DNA of 64,000 nucleotides from Candidatus Staskawiczbacteria bacterium (GTDB lineage Bacteria > Patescibacteriota > Minisyncoccia > Minisyncoccales > Staskawiczbacteraceae), in NCBI GenBank assembly GCA_026395215.1, contig JAPLZC010000009.1, positions 8,711 to 72,710 on the forward strand, written 5' to 3'. Of this stretch, positions 19,378 to 27,911 are shown piece by piece. The notes under the pieces were generated by a model. That model worked only from the letters and a program-made list of their open reading frames with translations, ran no database searches and had not been told where the DNA came from. The position numbers and the translations under genes are program-made. The stretch's first letter is position 1, and every line of letters begins with the position of its first letter.

Positions 19378-19809
19378 ATGCAACTTCACGATTTAAAACC
19401 AAAACATAAAAATAGGAACAAAAAAAGAGTTGGCAGGGGAGGAGCTCATGGAACTTACTCTGGACATGGAATGAAGGGCCAAAAATCAAGAGCAGGAAGA
19501 AAAATGGTTCCTATTATAAGAGAATTAATCAAAAAATATCCTAAATTAAAAGGTTATAGGAGTTTTAGGTTTGAAAAAGATTGTGCCGTTGTTAATCTTG
19601 AAACATTGGAAAAACATTGCAAAGACGGAGAAATTATTAATCCGGAAAATTTGACTAAAAGTGGAATTGTAAACCAGATAAATGGGAAAACACCAAAAGT
19701 TAAAATTTTGGGCACTGGAAAACTTACAAAAAAATTGGTTGTAGAAAATTGCAAAGCATCTAAAACAGCCAAAGAAGCAATCGAAAAAGCCGGTGGCGTT
19801 ATTAAATAA
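19378..19809 (+). CDS. rplO: 50S ribosomal protein L15
   Basis: KKRVGRGGAHGTYSGHGMKGQKSRAG. Follows rpsE directly with no rpmD (L30) between them. Confidence 0.95.
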   Translation: MQLHDLKPKHKNRNKKRVGRGGAHGTYSGHGMKGQKSRAGRKMVPIIRELIKKYPKLKGYRSFRFEKDCAVVNLETLEKHCKDGEIINPENLTKSGIVNQINGKTPKVKILGTGKLTKKLVVENCKASKTAKEAIEKAGGVIK

Positions 19810-19913
19810 CGGATTTACACAGAGGAAAGACGGATTTACACAAATCACGGATACAAAAAATCTGTGATCCGTGAAAATCCGTAAATAATCCGTGAAAATC
19901 TGTTTCATAGACT
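19809..19913 (+). repeat. ACGGAT-word intergenic repeat element, copy 1
   Basis: Core ACGGATTTACACAAATCACGGATACAAAAAATCTGTGATCCGTGAAAATCCGT is shared with copies at 29676-29781 and 31380-31482. Confidence 0.85.
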
Positions 19914-21191
19914 ATGTGGTACGAAAAAATATTATTTCTTTTTAAAAATAAGGAATTACGAAACAAATTTTTATTTGTAATTTTTCTTTTTGTAGTTTTC
20001 AGATTGGCCGCCAATATACCAATACCGGGAATTGGAGTAGAAAATTTAAGAAAATTCTTTGATCAAAATCAGGTTTTTGGTCTTTTAAACTTATTTACAG
20101 GAGGAGCTTTAAGTAATTTCTCTGTTGTTTTAATGGGACTTGGGCCCTACATTACAGCCACAATTATTTTACAGCTTCTGACAATGATTTTTCCTGCTTT
20201 AGAAAGAATGTACAAAGAAGAAGGCCAGGCTGGAAGACAAAAATTCAATCAATATTCAAGACTGCTTACAATTCCGTTGGCCGCTTTTGAAGGCTATGGA
20301 ATGCTTACGGTTTTTGCGCGTCAAGGAATTATTACCGGCATGTCTTTTCCTGTTATGATATCGGCTATTTTAACAATTACGGCTGGAGCAATGTTTTTAA
20401 TGTGGATTGGTGAAATAATCTCTGAACAGGGGATGGGAAACGGTATATCTCTGCTGATTTTTGCCGGTATAGTTGCTGGAATACCAATTAACATTTATCA
20501 GACATTTATTGCATTTGATCCAACAAAAATTCCTGCTTATATAGCCTTTGCTGTACTTGCGGTGGTTATAATTGCCGGAGTTGTTTTAATAACTGAAGCC
20601 CGCAGAAACATTCCAGTTTCTTATGCAAAAAGAATAAGAGGTATGAAAATGTATGGAGGAACCTCAACTTATTTGCCATTAAGCGTTAACCCAGCCGGAG
20701 TTATACCAATTATTTTTGCTATGTCTATACTTCTGTTTCCAGGAATGATTGCCAGTTATTTTGGAACATATTCAGGAATGGTTGGAAGCGTAGCCACAAA
20801 TATTGGAATGTTTTTTAATAATGTCTGGATAAATGGAATTCTGTACTTTTTATTGGTTATTCTTTTTACATATTTTTACACCGCTGTGACATTTGACCCA
20901 AAAACAATTTCTGAAAATTTACAGAAGATGGGCGGATTTGTACCGGGAGTAAGGCCGGGACAGTCAACTGCTATTTTCATAAAACACATTTTAAACAGAG
21001 TTTTGTTTACGGGTGCAATATTTCTGGGACTTATTGCGGTATTGCCGTCAATTGTGGCGGGTTTGACTGGCGTAACCGGATTTGCATTCTTGGTTGGAGG
21101 TACCTCACTTCTTATCGTTGTAAGCGTTGTCTTAGATACAGTAAGACAAATTAACGCGCAACTCCAAATGCGCGAATACGAAACATTTTAG
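19914..21191 (+). CDS. secY: Preprotein translocase subunit SecY
   Basis: 425 aa, 10 hydrophobic segments, LGPYITATIILQLL; spc-operon position. Confidence 0.95.
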   Translation: MWYEKILFLFKNKELRNKFLFVIFLFVVFRLAANIPIPGIGVENLRKFFDQNQVFGLLNLFTGGALSNFSVVLMGLGPYITATIILQLLTMIFPALERMYKEEGQAGRQKFNQYSRLLTIPLAAFEGYGMLTVFARQGIITGMSFPVMISAILTITAGAMFLMWIGEIISEQGMGNGISLLIFAGIVAGIPINIYQTFIAFDPTKIPAYIAFAVLAVVIIAGVVLITEARRNIPVSYAKRIRGMKMYGGTSTYLPLSVNPAGVIPIIFAMSILLFPGMIASYFGTYSGMVGSVATNIGMFFNNVWINGILYFLLVILFTYFYTAVTFDPKTISENLQKMGGFVPGVRPGQSTAIFIKHILNRVLFTGAIFLGLIAVLPSIVAGLTGVTGFAFLVGGTSLLIVVSVVLDTVRQINAQLQMREYETF

Positions 21192-21232
21192 GGAGTGAAA
21201 CGAACACTAATCCCGCTCAGCGGGACAAATTC

Positions 21233-21898
21233 ATGAAAAAACCATTAAGTTTTGCTTTAATCGGCAGATCTGGATGTGGAAAAGGAACTCAAGCAGAATT
21301 ACTGATGAAACATTTCGGTAATTTGTTTTACGTCTCCACGGGAAATCTTCTTAGAGAACTGGCTAAGTTAGACACGCTAGCCGGCAAGTCCGCAAAAGAA
21401 ATTATGCATAAGGGAGACTTAATTCCTGATTTTATGATAATTGGCTTGTGGATGAAGGAATTGAATTTGAATCTGAAAGTAGATCAAGGAGTTTTGTTTG
21501 ATGGAGCATTTAGAAGATTGATTGAAGCACAAGAGGCAGATGAGTACTTTAATTTTTTGGATAGAAAAGGCACTTTATTTCCAATTTTAATTGATATTTC
21601 CAGAGAAGAGGCCTATGATCGTTTAACAAAAAGAAGGATTTGTAAAAAATGCGGAAAAATATTTCCATGGGTTGGAGAGTTTAAAAAACTGGAAAAATGT
21701 GATAAATGTGGTGGCGAATTGCAACATAGGGCAGATGACAATCCGGACGCTATTAATAATAGGTTGGCATATTTTGATAAGGAAGTTTTGGAGGTTTTGG
21801 AATATTATAAAAAAGATAATAGACTTATAACAGTAAATGGCGAGCAAACCGTAGAAAAAGTTTTTGAGGATATACTTAAAGCTGTAAAGGCAAAATGA
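21233..21898 (+). CDS. adk: Adenylate kinase (zinc LID type)
   Basis: GRSGCGKGTQAELL, LFDGAFRR, LID CKKCGKIF...CDKCGGEL. Confidence 0.9.
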   Translation: MKKPLSFALIGRSGCGKGTQAELLMKHFGNLFYVSTGNLLRELAKLDTLAGKSAKEIMHKGDLIPDFMIIGLWMKELNLNLKVDQGVLFDGAFRRLIEAQEADEYFNFLDRKGTLFPILIDISREEAYDRLTKRRICKKCGKIFPWVGEFKKLEKCDKCGGELQHRADDNPDAINNRLAYFDKEVLEVLEYYKKDNRLITVNGEQTVEKVFEDILKAVKAK

Positions 21899-22641
21899 TT
21901 ACAATAAAGACACAAGAGGAAATTCAAATAATAAAAGAAGGTGGAAGGATTTTGGCCACAACTTTAAAGGAGTTGGCCAAAATGGTTAAACCCGGAATTA
22001 CTACTTTAGAATTAGACAGAGCCGCAGAGGCTCTTATTTTGTCTATCGGAGCTAAGCCGGCTTTTAAAGGTTACGCCGGTTTTCCGTTTTCCCTTTGCGC
22101 CTCGCTGAATGAAAATATAGTTCACGGGTATCCTTCAAAATATGTTTTAAAAGAAGGGGACATTCTGAAATTAGATTTGGGTGTTTTGTACAAGGGTTTT
22201 AATACTGATTCGGCAATAACAGTTGCTGTTGGAAATGTTTCATATGAAGCCAAAAGACTAATAAATGTAACGAAGAAATCCTTGCGCTTGGCAGTGAAAA
22301 AAGCAAAAATAGGGAATACAATTGGGGATATTGGAAACACGGTTCAAAGATTTGTTGAGGATCAAGGTTTTGGAGTTATAAGGGATTTGTGTGGACACGG
22401 AATTGGAAAAACAGTTCACGAAGATCCAAAAATTCCAAATTTCGGTAAAAGAGGGGCGGGCGAAAAATTGGTTGAAGGAATGGTAATTTGCATTGAGCCA
22501 ATGGTAACAATGGGGGATTATAATTTGCGAAAATCTGATGACGGCTATGGATATGCCACAAGAGATAATTCTCTAACCGCCCACTTTGAACACACAATTG
22601 CCATAACTGAAAAAGGCCCGAGGATTTTAACAGAGCTTTAA
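21895..22641 (+). CDS. map: Methionine aminopeptidase type I
   Basis: DLGVLYKGFNTDSA, GHGIGKTVHEDP, FEHTIAIT. Confidence 0.93.
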   Translation: MITIKTQEEIQIIKEGGRILATTLKELAKMVKPGITTLELDRAAEALILSIGAKPAFKGYAGFPFSLCASLNENIVHGYPSKYVLKEGDILKLDLGVLYKGFNTDSAITVAVGNVSYEAKRLINVTKKSLRLAVKKAKIGNTIGDIGNTVQRFVEDQGFGVIRDLCGHGIGKTVHEDPKIPNFGKRGAGEKLVEGMVICIEPMVTMGDYNLRKSDDGYGYATRDNSLTAHFEHTIAITEKGPRILTEL

Positions 22642-22660
22642 TTTGTGGTAAAATAAAGTC

Positions 22661-23392
22661 ATGAAAAATTTAATTGTTGCGAATTGGAAAATGAATCCTG
22701 CTTCGCAAAAAGAAGGTAAAGAAATTTTTGAAGCAATACGAGATGGCGTTAAGGGACTCAAAGAAGAAGTTGTTATATGTCCTCCATCTGTTTATTTGTA
22801 TGCTTCTGTATTTGGGCAGGGTATAGTTTCAATGGGTGCTCAAAATGTTTATTTTGAAGATAAAGGCGCCTTTACCGGAGAAATATCTTGTACAATGTTA
22901 AAGGACTTGGGAGCTGAGTATGTAATAATTGGACATTCTGAACGCAGGAAATATTTTGGCGAGACAGATGAGATTATAAATAAAAAAATTAAGAAAGCAC
23001 TGGAAGCCGGCTTAAAAGTTATTTTTTGCATTGGCGAAACCGCAGAAGAGCGTGACGCCGGCAAAAAAAATGAAGTTCTAGAACGCCAAATAAAAATCGG
23101 TCTTGACGGTATTTTAAATCTAGAAAATTTAAATATAGCATACGAGCCAGTTTGGGCAATTGGAACTGGAAATAATTGCGGAGTTGTTGAAGCCAAAGAG
23201 GCTATTAGTTTTATAAAAAATCTAGTTGGTGCTGTGGACCGGTCCACAGGTCCGCGAGTGTTATATGGGGGAAGCGTTAAGAGTGAAAACTCGGGCGCTT
23301 ATATAAAAGAAGCAGGAGCAAACGGATTGCTGGTTGGAGGAGCCTCACTAAACGCCGAGGAATTTGTAAAAATAGTAAAAAGCGCAGAATAA
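22661..23392 (+). CDS. tpiA: Triosephosphate isomerase
   Basis: VANWKMN, IIGHSERR, AYEPVWAIGTG, YGGSV. Confidence 0.93.
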   Translation: MKNLIVANWKMNPASQKEGKEIFEAIRDGVKGLKEEVVICPPSVYLYASVFGQGIVSMGAQNVYFEDKGAFTGEISCTMLKDLGAEYVIIGHSERRKYFGETDEIINKKIKKALEAGLKVIFCIGETAEERDAGKKNEVLERQIKIGLDGILNLENLNIAYEPVWAIGTGNNCGVVEAKEAISFIKNLVGAVDRSTGPRVLYGGSVKSENSGAYIKEAGANGLLVGGASLNAEEFVKIVKSAE

Positions 23393-23408
23393 TTTTTTAA
23401 AGATTTTT

Positions 23409-23435
23409 CAAACCGCCGTCAAAGGCGGTTTTTTG
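23409..23435 (+). terminator. Intrinsic terminator after tpiA
   Basis: CCGCC-gtcaaa-GGCGG followed by a T-run. Confidence 0.65.
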
Positions 23436-23447
23436 TTGGAAAATAAT

Positions 23448-23478
23448 TTGACACAATTTATTGATTTGGTAATATAAT
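23448..23478 (+). promoter_or_regulatory. purL cassette promoter (TTGACA ... TGGTAATATAAT)
   Basis: TTGACA at 23448-23453. -10 box TAATAT or TATAAT at 23470-23478. Confidence 0.5.
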
Positions 23479-23550
23479 TAACTGCCTTGATGGTTCAAGG
23501 TGAGTTCTTTTCCAATTTCGATTTTGTTAACAACGAAAAGGAGACCGACC

Positions 23551-26500
23551 ATGATGACGAAGCTGTATCGCAATGACGGCGTGGTGGAAGTGTGTTTTAA
23601 TATCGAGAGTCCTAGACAGTTGACGGATGAAGAACGGCAGAAGATTGCTTGGCTTATTGCTAGGCAGTATGCTGGTTTGGACGCAAAATCGGCGCCGGCG
23701 CATGCGTTTAACGAATACGTGGAGATTGGTCCTCGGCTTCAGGTTGAGACACCTTTTTCCAGCAATGCTGTGGGTATCTGTCGGAATATTGGGACCAATG
23801 TGGTTACGCGCATGGAAGAGTCGCGTTTGTATCCGATTCGGGTGCAAGGACGCGGTTTGACTCGCGAAGAACTGGTTGCTATACATCTGGATAAAATGAC
23901 TCAAGCGGTCTATCCATTGTGTGGCATTGAAAGTTTTGACTCAAAGCACGAAGTAGTGCCGGTCAGGATGATTCCGGTTCTTACAGAAGGCGCAGAAGCC
24001 ATTCGACGCTACAACAACGAGATGGGTCTTGGTATGGACGAAGTGGATATCGCATTCTGTGTGAATCTCTTTGGTCAGAAGTATCGGCGTAATCCCACGG
24101 ATGTGGAATTGGTTCAACTCGGCAATATGAATAGTGAGCATTGCCGGCACAAATTGTGGAAGGGAAGAATTGTGATTGGTGGTGTGGTAATGCAAGAAAC
24201 ACTGTTGGATTTGGTGCGCGCGCCTTTGCGGCTTCGCGGACAATGCAACAGTATCCTGGCGTTCAATGATAATTCCGGATGTTTGGCCGGACCGGAAATT
24301 TGGGGCTTTGTGCCCGAGAATCCGGGTGATCCGTCAAAAATGATTCGGGTCAGAATTACTCAATACATCACGGCAACCGCGGAAACTCACAATCATCCCA
24401 CAGCTATTTGCCCCTTTCCTGGGGCGGCGACAAAAGATGGTGGTGAGATCCGCGATGAAAGCGCTACGGGGAGTGGTTCACGTGCGGGAATGGGATTTCA
24501 CGGACAATGTGTGGGAAATTTGCATTTGCCTGGTCATGAAATTCCGGGTGAGACGCTTGGCAAGGGAGAAATTCCTAAGTATGCTTCAGCTTTGAAAATC
24601 TTGATTGAAGGCACAAATGGTGCGTCGCACTATTGTAACGCTTTTGGCAGACCACTTGGTGGTGGTTTCTGTCGGACGTTTGATCAAATAGTCGCCGGAG
24701 AGAGACGTGGCTTTCACAAGCCAATTTTCTACGGTGGCGGTGTTGCGACAATTGATGCTCGGCATGTGATTAAAGGAGAAGCTGAAGTCGGTATGATGGT
24801 AATACGTTGGGGTGGCCCCGGCTTTGAGATTGGCCTTGGTGGCGGAGCAGCCTCCAGTTTGGGGCAGGGTGACAATACGGAAAGTTTGGATTATAAGTCC
24901 GTTCAACGGGGCAACCCGGAAATGGAAAACCGAGCTAACCGTGTAATTACTACCTGTACTGATTTGGGAGATAATAATCCCATTGTTGCAATCCATGATC
25001 AAGGTGCCGGTGGTCCGAGTAATGTGCTTACAGAGCTGGTTGAGGCACTAGGCGCGTTGATTGATGCTGACCAGATTACTTTGGGCGATAAAACAATGGC
25101 GTACCTGGCAATCTGGAGCGCAGAGTTCCAGGAAGGTTACGGCGCTCTTGTTCGTAGAGAAAATCTGTGGTTATTCCGAAAAATCTGTCAGCGCGAACGC
25201 GTGAATTGCGAGGTGGTGGGCGAGATTACTGGTGATCATCGGATTAAGGTAATCAGCTCCAAAACCAATGCGGTTCTCGTGGACTTGGATTTGCGGGATG
25301 TGTTAACGCATGCCCCGCAGAAGACCTTTGAATTCCAGCGGGTTGAACGCAAGTTTGATCCGCCAGTGATTCCGACCGATAAGACAGTTGAACAGTTGAT
25401 TGAGATGGTTTTTAGACTGCCATCGGTTGGGTCAAAGGGATTCCTTACGCGAAAGATTGACCGGTCAGTGACGGGTAGGGTTGCGTGCCAGCCCTGTTGC
25501 GGACCAACACAAATTCCGTGTGCTGATGTAGGCGTCCATCTGGACGGTTATTTCGGAGATTCAGGAGCGGCCGGAGCGCTTGGTGAACAGCCGAATGTGA
25601 TGTTCGTGAACTCGCAAGCGGGAGCGCGAATGTCACTTGGTGAAATGTTGACCAATTTGTGCGCGGCCAAAATTTCCGGCTTTCCAGACATCAAGACGCG
25701 CATTAATCAGATGGGTGCATTCAAATTGCCGGGCGAGGGCGCGCGACTGTGGGATGCCAATGTTGCTTTGCGCGACATGATTGTTGCTATGGGTGGAGCT
25801 GAACCAGACGGCGGAAAGGATTCGTCGTCTATGGTTGGCCTTGCCGGTGGCGAGAAAGTAAAAGCGCCCAGCGAAATGGTGGTGCTGGGTTATGCTCCGG
25901 TGCCAGATTGCAATAAGGTGCTCACGCCGGACTTCAAATATCCGGGACAAAGTCTCATTGGTTTCATTGATTTGGGGCATGGCAAAAACCGTATGGGCGG
26001 TTCGGCCTTGCTTCAGGCTTTGGGACAAGTGGGCGATGTCATTCCGGACGTGGATGATCCACTAGAATTGCGCCGTGCGTTTGACGCTGTACAGGAACTA
26101 ATTGGCCGTGGTCTCATTTCCGCTTATCACGATCGTAGTGATGGCGGACTGGTGGCGACTTTGGCCGAGATGTGCTTGTCGGCAAATTGCGGAGCAATGG
26201 TGGAGTTGAAAAGATGGGAAAATGTTGTTTCTGGCCTCTTTAACCAGGAACTGGGGATGGTGTTTGAGTATTCAGAGGAGAATGAACCTTTGATTGATAT
26301 GGTTTTAAGACAAGATTTTGGGATAGAGTGGTCCCGAATCGGTCAGACGACCATGTTAAAACAGTTGCTTATCATTACAAGACCGCATTCTCAAAGTAGT
26401 CCTAATGTCCGAATTCCACTCGGCACGCTTCGTCCTTGGTGGGAGGCCACAAGCACTCGCCTGGAAATGGAGCAGGCCAATCCGGAAACGGTGAGACAAG

Positions 26501-27393
26501 AGAGCGAGACGCACAAAAACCCGCAGGCGATTTCATATCATCTGACTTTCGTGCCTCAAGAAACAGCGCCGGAAGAATTGGTGTGGGATAATCGTCCAAA
26601 AGTTGCCATTCTTCGTGAAGAGGGAACAAACGGCGAGCGGGAAATGCAAGCGGCATTTGAGACAGCTGGTTGCGAAGTATGGGATGTTTGTATGCAGGAT
26701 TTGCTGGACGGCAAAATTTCTCTGGACTTGTTCCAGGGTCTGGTGGCCGCCGGCGGATTTTCATATATGGATGTCTTTGAGAGCGGAAAAGGTTGGGCGG
26801 CAGGAATACTGTTTAACCCGACTTTGCGGGAAATGTTTGATCGGTTTTACCACCGGTCTGACACTTTTTCGTTGGGCGTCTGCAATGGCGCCCAGCTTCT
26901 GCCTCTCATCCGGCGGGTACCTTTCAAGGACATGCCGGAAGAAGAGCAATCGAGGTTTGTGGAAAATACTTCTCGCCGGTTTGAGTCGCGGTGGTCGCTC
27001 GTGAAAATCCTTCCGAGTCCATCGATATTTTTTACTGGTATGGAAGGCTCGGTGCTTGGTGTTCATGTGGATCATGGGGAAGGTAGGATGATCTTCCCTG
27101 ATCGGACAGTTGAGGTAAGAGTACAAAGAGGTCAGCAAATTCCTATGGCGTTTGTTGATCCTGAACACCGCCTGACCGAACAGTATCCGTACAATCCGAA
27201 TGGGTCGCCAATGGGATTCTGCGCTATGTGCACGCCAGATGGGCGACACACGGCAATGATGCCTCATCCCGAACGGGCGTTTCGAAAGTTGCAGTGGCAC
27301 TATTTGCCCGAATCGTGCAAACGAGATTGGCCGGTGTCACCGTGGCTAAAGATGTTCCAGAACGCCCGCAAGTGGTGTTTAAAAAATAAGTAG
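23551..27393 (+). CDS. purL: Phosphoribosylformylglycinamidine (FGAM) synthase, single-chain large type
   Basis: NSEHCRHK, ETHNHPTAICPFPGAATKDGGEIRDE, C-terminal GATase GVCNGAQLL...MMPHPER. AAAGGAG SD before ATG 23551. G+C-rich codons. Confidence 0.9.
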   Translation: MMTKLYRNDGVVEVCFNIESPRQLTDEERQKIAWLIARQYAGLDAKSAPAHAFNEYVEIGPRLQVETPFSSNAVGICRNIGTNVVTRMEESRLYPIRVQGRGLTREELVAIHLDKMTQAVYPLCGIESFDSKHEVVPVRMIPVLTEGAEAIRRYNNEMGLGMDEVDIAFCVNLFGQKYRRNPTDVELVQLGNMNSEHCRHKLWKGRIVIGGVVMQETLLDLVRAPLRLRGQCNSILAFNDNSGCLAGPEIWGFVPENPGDPSKMIRVRITQYITATAETHNHPTAICPFPGAATKDGGEIRDESATGSGSRAGMGFHGQCVGNLHLPGHEIPGETLGKGEIPKYASALKILIEGTNGASHYCNAFGRPLGGGFCRTFDQIVAGERRGFHKPIFYGGGVATIDARHVIKGEAEVGMMVIRWGGPGFEIGLGGGAASSLGQGDNTESLDYKSVQRGNPEMENRANRVITTCTDLGDNNPIVAIHDQGAGGPSNVLTELVEALGALIDADQITLGDKTMAYLAIWSAEFQEGYGALVRRENLWLFRKICQRERVNCEVVGEITGDHRIKVISSKTNAVLVDLDLRDVLTHAPQKTFEFQRVERKFDPPVIPTDKTVEQLIEMVFRLPSVGSKGFLTRKIDRSVTGRVACQPCCGPTQIPCADVGVHLDGYFGDSGAAGALGEQPNVMFVNSQAGARMSLGEMLTNLCAAKISGFPDIKTRINQMGAFKLPGEGARLWDANVALRDMIVAMGGAEPDGGKDSSSMVGLAGGEKVKAPSEMVVLGYAPVPDCNKVLTPDFKYPGQSLIGFIDLGHGKNRMGGSALLQALGQVGDVIPDVDDPLELRRAFDAVQELIGRGLISAYHDRSDGGLVATLAEMCLSANCGAMVELKRWENVVSGLFNQELGMVFEYSEENEPLIDMVLRQDFGIEWSRIGQTTMLKQLLIITRPHSQSSPNVRIPLGTLRPWWEATSTRLEMEQANPETVRQESETHKNPQAISYHLTFVPQETAPEELVWDNRPKVAILREEGTNGEREMQAAFETAGCEVWDVCMQDLLDGKISLDLFQGLVAAGGFSYMDVFESGKGWAAGILFNPTLREMFDRFYHRSDTFSLGVCNGAQLLPLIRRVPFKDMPEEEQSRFVENTSRRFESRWSLVKILPSPSIFFTGMEGSVLGVHVDHGEGRMIFPDRTVEVRVQRGQQIPMAFVDPEHRLTEQYPYNPNGSPMGFCAMCTPDGRHTAMMPHPERAFRKLQWHYLPESCKRDWPVSPWLKMFQNARKWCLKNK

Positions 27394-27413
27394 GTCCCTT
27401 TGGGACAAAGCAC

Positions 27414-27452
27414 GGCCCGGCTTGCTACTCAGCAACTCCGGGCTCTTTTTTT
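27414..27452 (+). terminator. Intrinsic terminator after purL
   Basis: GCCCGG...CCGGGC stem with nested TTGCT/AGCAA, then TCTTTTTTT. Confidence 0.7.
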
Positions 27453-27463
27453 GAGACGTGGCA

Positions 27464-27493
27464 TTGACAAGGTGGTTTAATTCGTGCTATAAT
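27464..27493 (+). promoter_or_regulatory. Promoter TTGACA-N18-TATAAT
   Basis: TTGACA at 27464-27469 and TATAAT at 27488-27493. Confidence 0.5.
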
Positions 27494-27569
27494 TAACACA
27501 GTAACTTGATTCAACAATTTCCGGTAACGGAACGGCAGGCAAGCCGAAAAAACCGAAAGGAAAAATGCC

Positions 27570-27770
27570 ATGAAGATGACGATAATTGAATACAAATGTC
27601 GTCGATGTGAGGCTCACTTCGATGGCAAAAAAACTGGAATCGAGCCGGGGATTGCCGCGGTTCTTGATGAACTCGCAAAGCCAATTCCCTTAACGTGGCA
27701 TTCCTGTGCCAACGGTGGCCACGGCGCCGCCGATATCATCGGATATCGTGAGGAGCAGGGCTTGATGTGA
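27570..27770 (+). CDS. Hypothetical 66-aa Cys/His protein (CRRC...HSC)
   Basis: Has its own promoter and a GAAAGGAAAA SD. G+C-rich like purL. Confidence 0.5.
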   Translation: MKMTIIEYKCRRCEAHFDGKKTGIEPGIAAVLDELAKPIPLTWHSCANGGHGAADIIGYREEQGLM

Positions 27771-27870
27771 GCCGAGATCTGCCACAGGCAGAAAGCATCA
27801 CGAAGGGCCGAAGAGAAATCTGAGGCCTTTTAACTTGCAAAAAATATTGCCTGCCTGCTGGCGAGGCAGG

Positions 27871-27899
27871 TTGCAGGAAAATTAGTTTTGGGGTAAAAT
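27871..27899 (+). promoter_or_regulatory. alaS promoter TTGCAG-N17-TAAAAT
   Basis: TTGCAG at 27871-27876 and TAAAAT at 27894-27899, 13 nt before the ATG. Confidence 0.45.
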
Positions 27900-27911
27900 G
27901 AAATATTAAAT

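Noticed and set aside
23479-23550. Purine/ZTP/PRPP riboswitch in the purL or purM leaders; PyrR binding loop in the pyr leaders
   Set aside because: The leaders are only about 50-110 nt. They lack the conserved cores I know for these classes: the purine aptamer junction, the ZTP GGGUCGUGAC...CCGCCUGGGC motif, and the PyrR ARUCCAGAGAGGYU motif.
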